From Dicyema japonicum (taxonomy: Eukaryota; Animalia; Dicyemida), in the NCBI GenBank assembly GCA_011109175.1, contig RDEW01000002.1, forward strand, positions 2,272,997-2,336,996: a stretch of 64,000 nucleotides of DNA, given 5' to 3'. Shown here piece after piece: positions 61,654 to 64,000 of the stretch. The position numbers were made by a program, and so were the translations under genes. How positions within the stretch are numbered: the stretch's first letter is position 1; each line of letters opens with the position of its first letter. The notes beneath the pieces are model-generated. The model had not been told where the DNA came from. It saw only the letters and a list, made by a program, of their open reading frames with translations, and did no database searches.

Positions 61654-62664
61654 ATGAGACAGAAATGTACTAATTTTGTAAATTCTAGTTTATAAAAGAG
61701 TTTTCAGTTTACTCTTTGTTTCCATTGGACTATACTTGCTTATTTCGTTAGTTAAGCAAATTCCTTCAATTCTATCAACCAAAAAGGATTGTGAATATGA
61801 GGAAAACACAGATTCAGACTATACGTACTTTTTGACGATCATCGTTACTTCAAGTTTACAATTTAAACATTATAGGTCCGCAAAACTTTGATCGCCGACA
61901 AATCATTAGGAAAACATGGGGGAATTTTTCATTTTACGACCGTCCAATAAAACTCCTGTTCTCGATAGGCAGAAGCTCAAAATTCAAGGAAGGCATAAAT
62001 CGGGAAACTTTGGAAGAAAATGACATTTTGTATATCACCAAATTCCACGACAGATACGAGAAATTAACGCTCAAGTCATACTGGTCGTTCAAACATATGT
62101 TTTCCACGTTTTAATTCTAAGAATCAATTTCAACACGAAATTCGTGATGAAAACCGACGACGATGTGTTCCTTAATGTGGGAAATTTGATCAAAAAGTTG
62201 GAAATGATAAAAAAGATTGAATTCATTTTCTGTCAAAAAACATCCTCAATAGCGATACGGGACCCAAAGAATAAGTGGTAACAAATTTGGTAACCAGGTA
62301 TATCTCGGAAAAAGAGTATTCGGGCAAATTATTTCCCCCGTACTGTCAAGGTTCTGCTTATGCGATGCCGGTGGGAACACTCAGAAAAATAATGGCAACT
62401 TGCGACTTTAAGCGAAAGATTAGATTCGAAGATGTCTTTTTCACAGGTGAAGTATGCTTACAATTCGAAGGGATGTGTACTGTCAATACCACCATAGAAT
62501 TAATCAACGATTCGGGATTTAGTTCTTATTTTGTTCACAAGAATTTTTGTAAATACAAAAATTTGATTACCTCTCATTATATGAAACCGAAACAGATAAG
62601 AAATGCCTGGATGTTTACTTATGGGAGACCCTACTTATGTTCTCTTATTTTTAACTATTTTTAA
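61654..62664 (+). CDS. GT31 beta-1,3-galactosyltransferase-like type II membrane protein with microintrons
   Basis: TM segment; IIVTS|PQNFDRRQIIRKTWG; D.YEKLTLKS; FVMKTDDDVFLN; RDPKNKW|YISEKEY..FPPYCQGSAY; FEDVFFTG. Introns of 20-24 nt. 5' exons approximate. Confidence 0.85.
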
Positions 62665-64000
62665 CCAAAAATGTATTGAGCTTGAACTTTCTAAAGGTTG
62701 GCATTCACCAACTCCTCTGGATCATTAATAACCGTGAGATCCTTCATCAACAGTATTACCGGAGGACAAAGCCCATACAAGTGTTCCTATATTCGGGACG
62801 ATGTCAAGATAAGATTCCATGACAAGGTTAAGGTGGGTAACTTTAGGTTTTGTGTTTTCAGGTTTCAATCTGTGGGTATCGAGGCTATACTATTAGCTCA
62901 TCCAATTCGCTTTAGTCTCTTGTAACGTGAGTGGACTATGAACTAAAGAGACTCTTAAATTCGGGTTATAAAAAATGAGTTCAATAATCTGCTAAGAAAA
63001 GCTCGTGTATGACAGTTGTTTGTCTGATTCTATGGTCGTCATCACTGACTTTCAATATCTTTTGATTCTATCCTCTCATTAATGGTCATGAACAGATTTT
63101 TATACACGAGGCATCAGAACAGAGTGAGACAGGACAAGCTCTATCAAAAGCTAACTTTTTGCCGGTTCAGCACGGTTAGTGATTGCTTCCAATTACTCTT
63201 GATGTTTCGACGTGGACTGTTTAAAAATGAACTGTCCACCGTGATATTCGTTTTTTCTCGACTTTTTTGGGCATGACCCTTTGTGAGTTGCCGTCAGTGC
63301 AAGTTATACTGAATTTAAACAATTTTCTATGGAGTAATCAAATTACGGATATTTATTTTATTATTAATTGTGACCGGTTCAGAATGAGATACGGTTGAAT
63401 GTGAGCCGTTAAAAATCAATATTCAATGTAACGATTTATAAACCAAATCAAACAAAATGGCAATCGTAATGATTGAACCTTAAATTTTTGAAAAAATGAA
63501 GTTTTATATCTGATCAAAGATTGCTTTAAACTAGTCAAATTATCCACAACATTAACAAAAAATAATTTAAATTTCATTGAATTAAAATTTCGATTGAACA
63601 GAAAAACGTTACTAAATGATTATTCCTGATGATTTTCGAGGACGCATTAAATAACATGCTATCTTCTTCACAAAGAAACTTCGTGAAGCCCCCCCCCCGA
63701 TAACTACTTTACGGTTGATGAAATTTTATTAAATTTAATTTGTTTTAATTATGACTAATAATTTTTACTTTTAAAATTTTAGTCATGTCCGTTTTCGTTA
63801 AATAGTAAAGACACTTGATTGCAGTCCCAAAGAAGATTGATCGAATATTTCAGAGGAAAAGGTTTATAGAAGAGTGTCATGCACTGTATATATTGCCTGT
63901 TGTCTATGAAAGAAGTGACGGTAACGAAACACGGCAACAAAACATGTAAAAAAGAAAAATTAGAAGCGTACCTTAAAGAATGGATGTTCAAAGATAACAT

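Noticed and set aside
63779-64000. Terminal ORF as a gene
   Set aside because: Truncated by the window edge with no recognisable motif.

Overview
AT-rich eukaryotic nuclear DNA, probably from an animal or other opisthokont with miniaturised introns (a dicyemid or myxozoan-type parasite is my inference, not proven). A few compact host genes are broken by 20-27 nt GT-AG microintrons that the ORF track cannot see: RNA polymerase I subunit 2 (33180-37057, -), CTP synthase (42896-44908, +, 13 coding introns), an HtrL/YibB-family gene plus a decayed duplicate, a GT31 galactosyltransferase and a probable BLOC1S1. These sit among decayed LINEs (RTE, Jockey/I-like, CR1/L2-like), a near-complete CRE-clade retrotransposon, hAT and MULE DNA transposons with intact TSDs, and a tRNA-derived SINE. 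The most striking structure is a 13-copy, ~212-bp array at 4783-7455. Its hypervariable 7-12 nt cassette lies inside a GT...AG segment of 21-26 nt, the host's microintron size, directly before 'aATG' and a short basic ORF with AATAAA downstream. This suggests a tandem array of intron-containing mini-genes or small-RNA genes rather than plain satellite. Many single-base deletions in homopolymers suggest an unpolished long-read assembly, so boundaries and frames are approximate.
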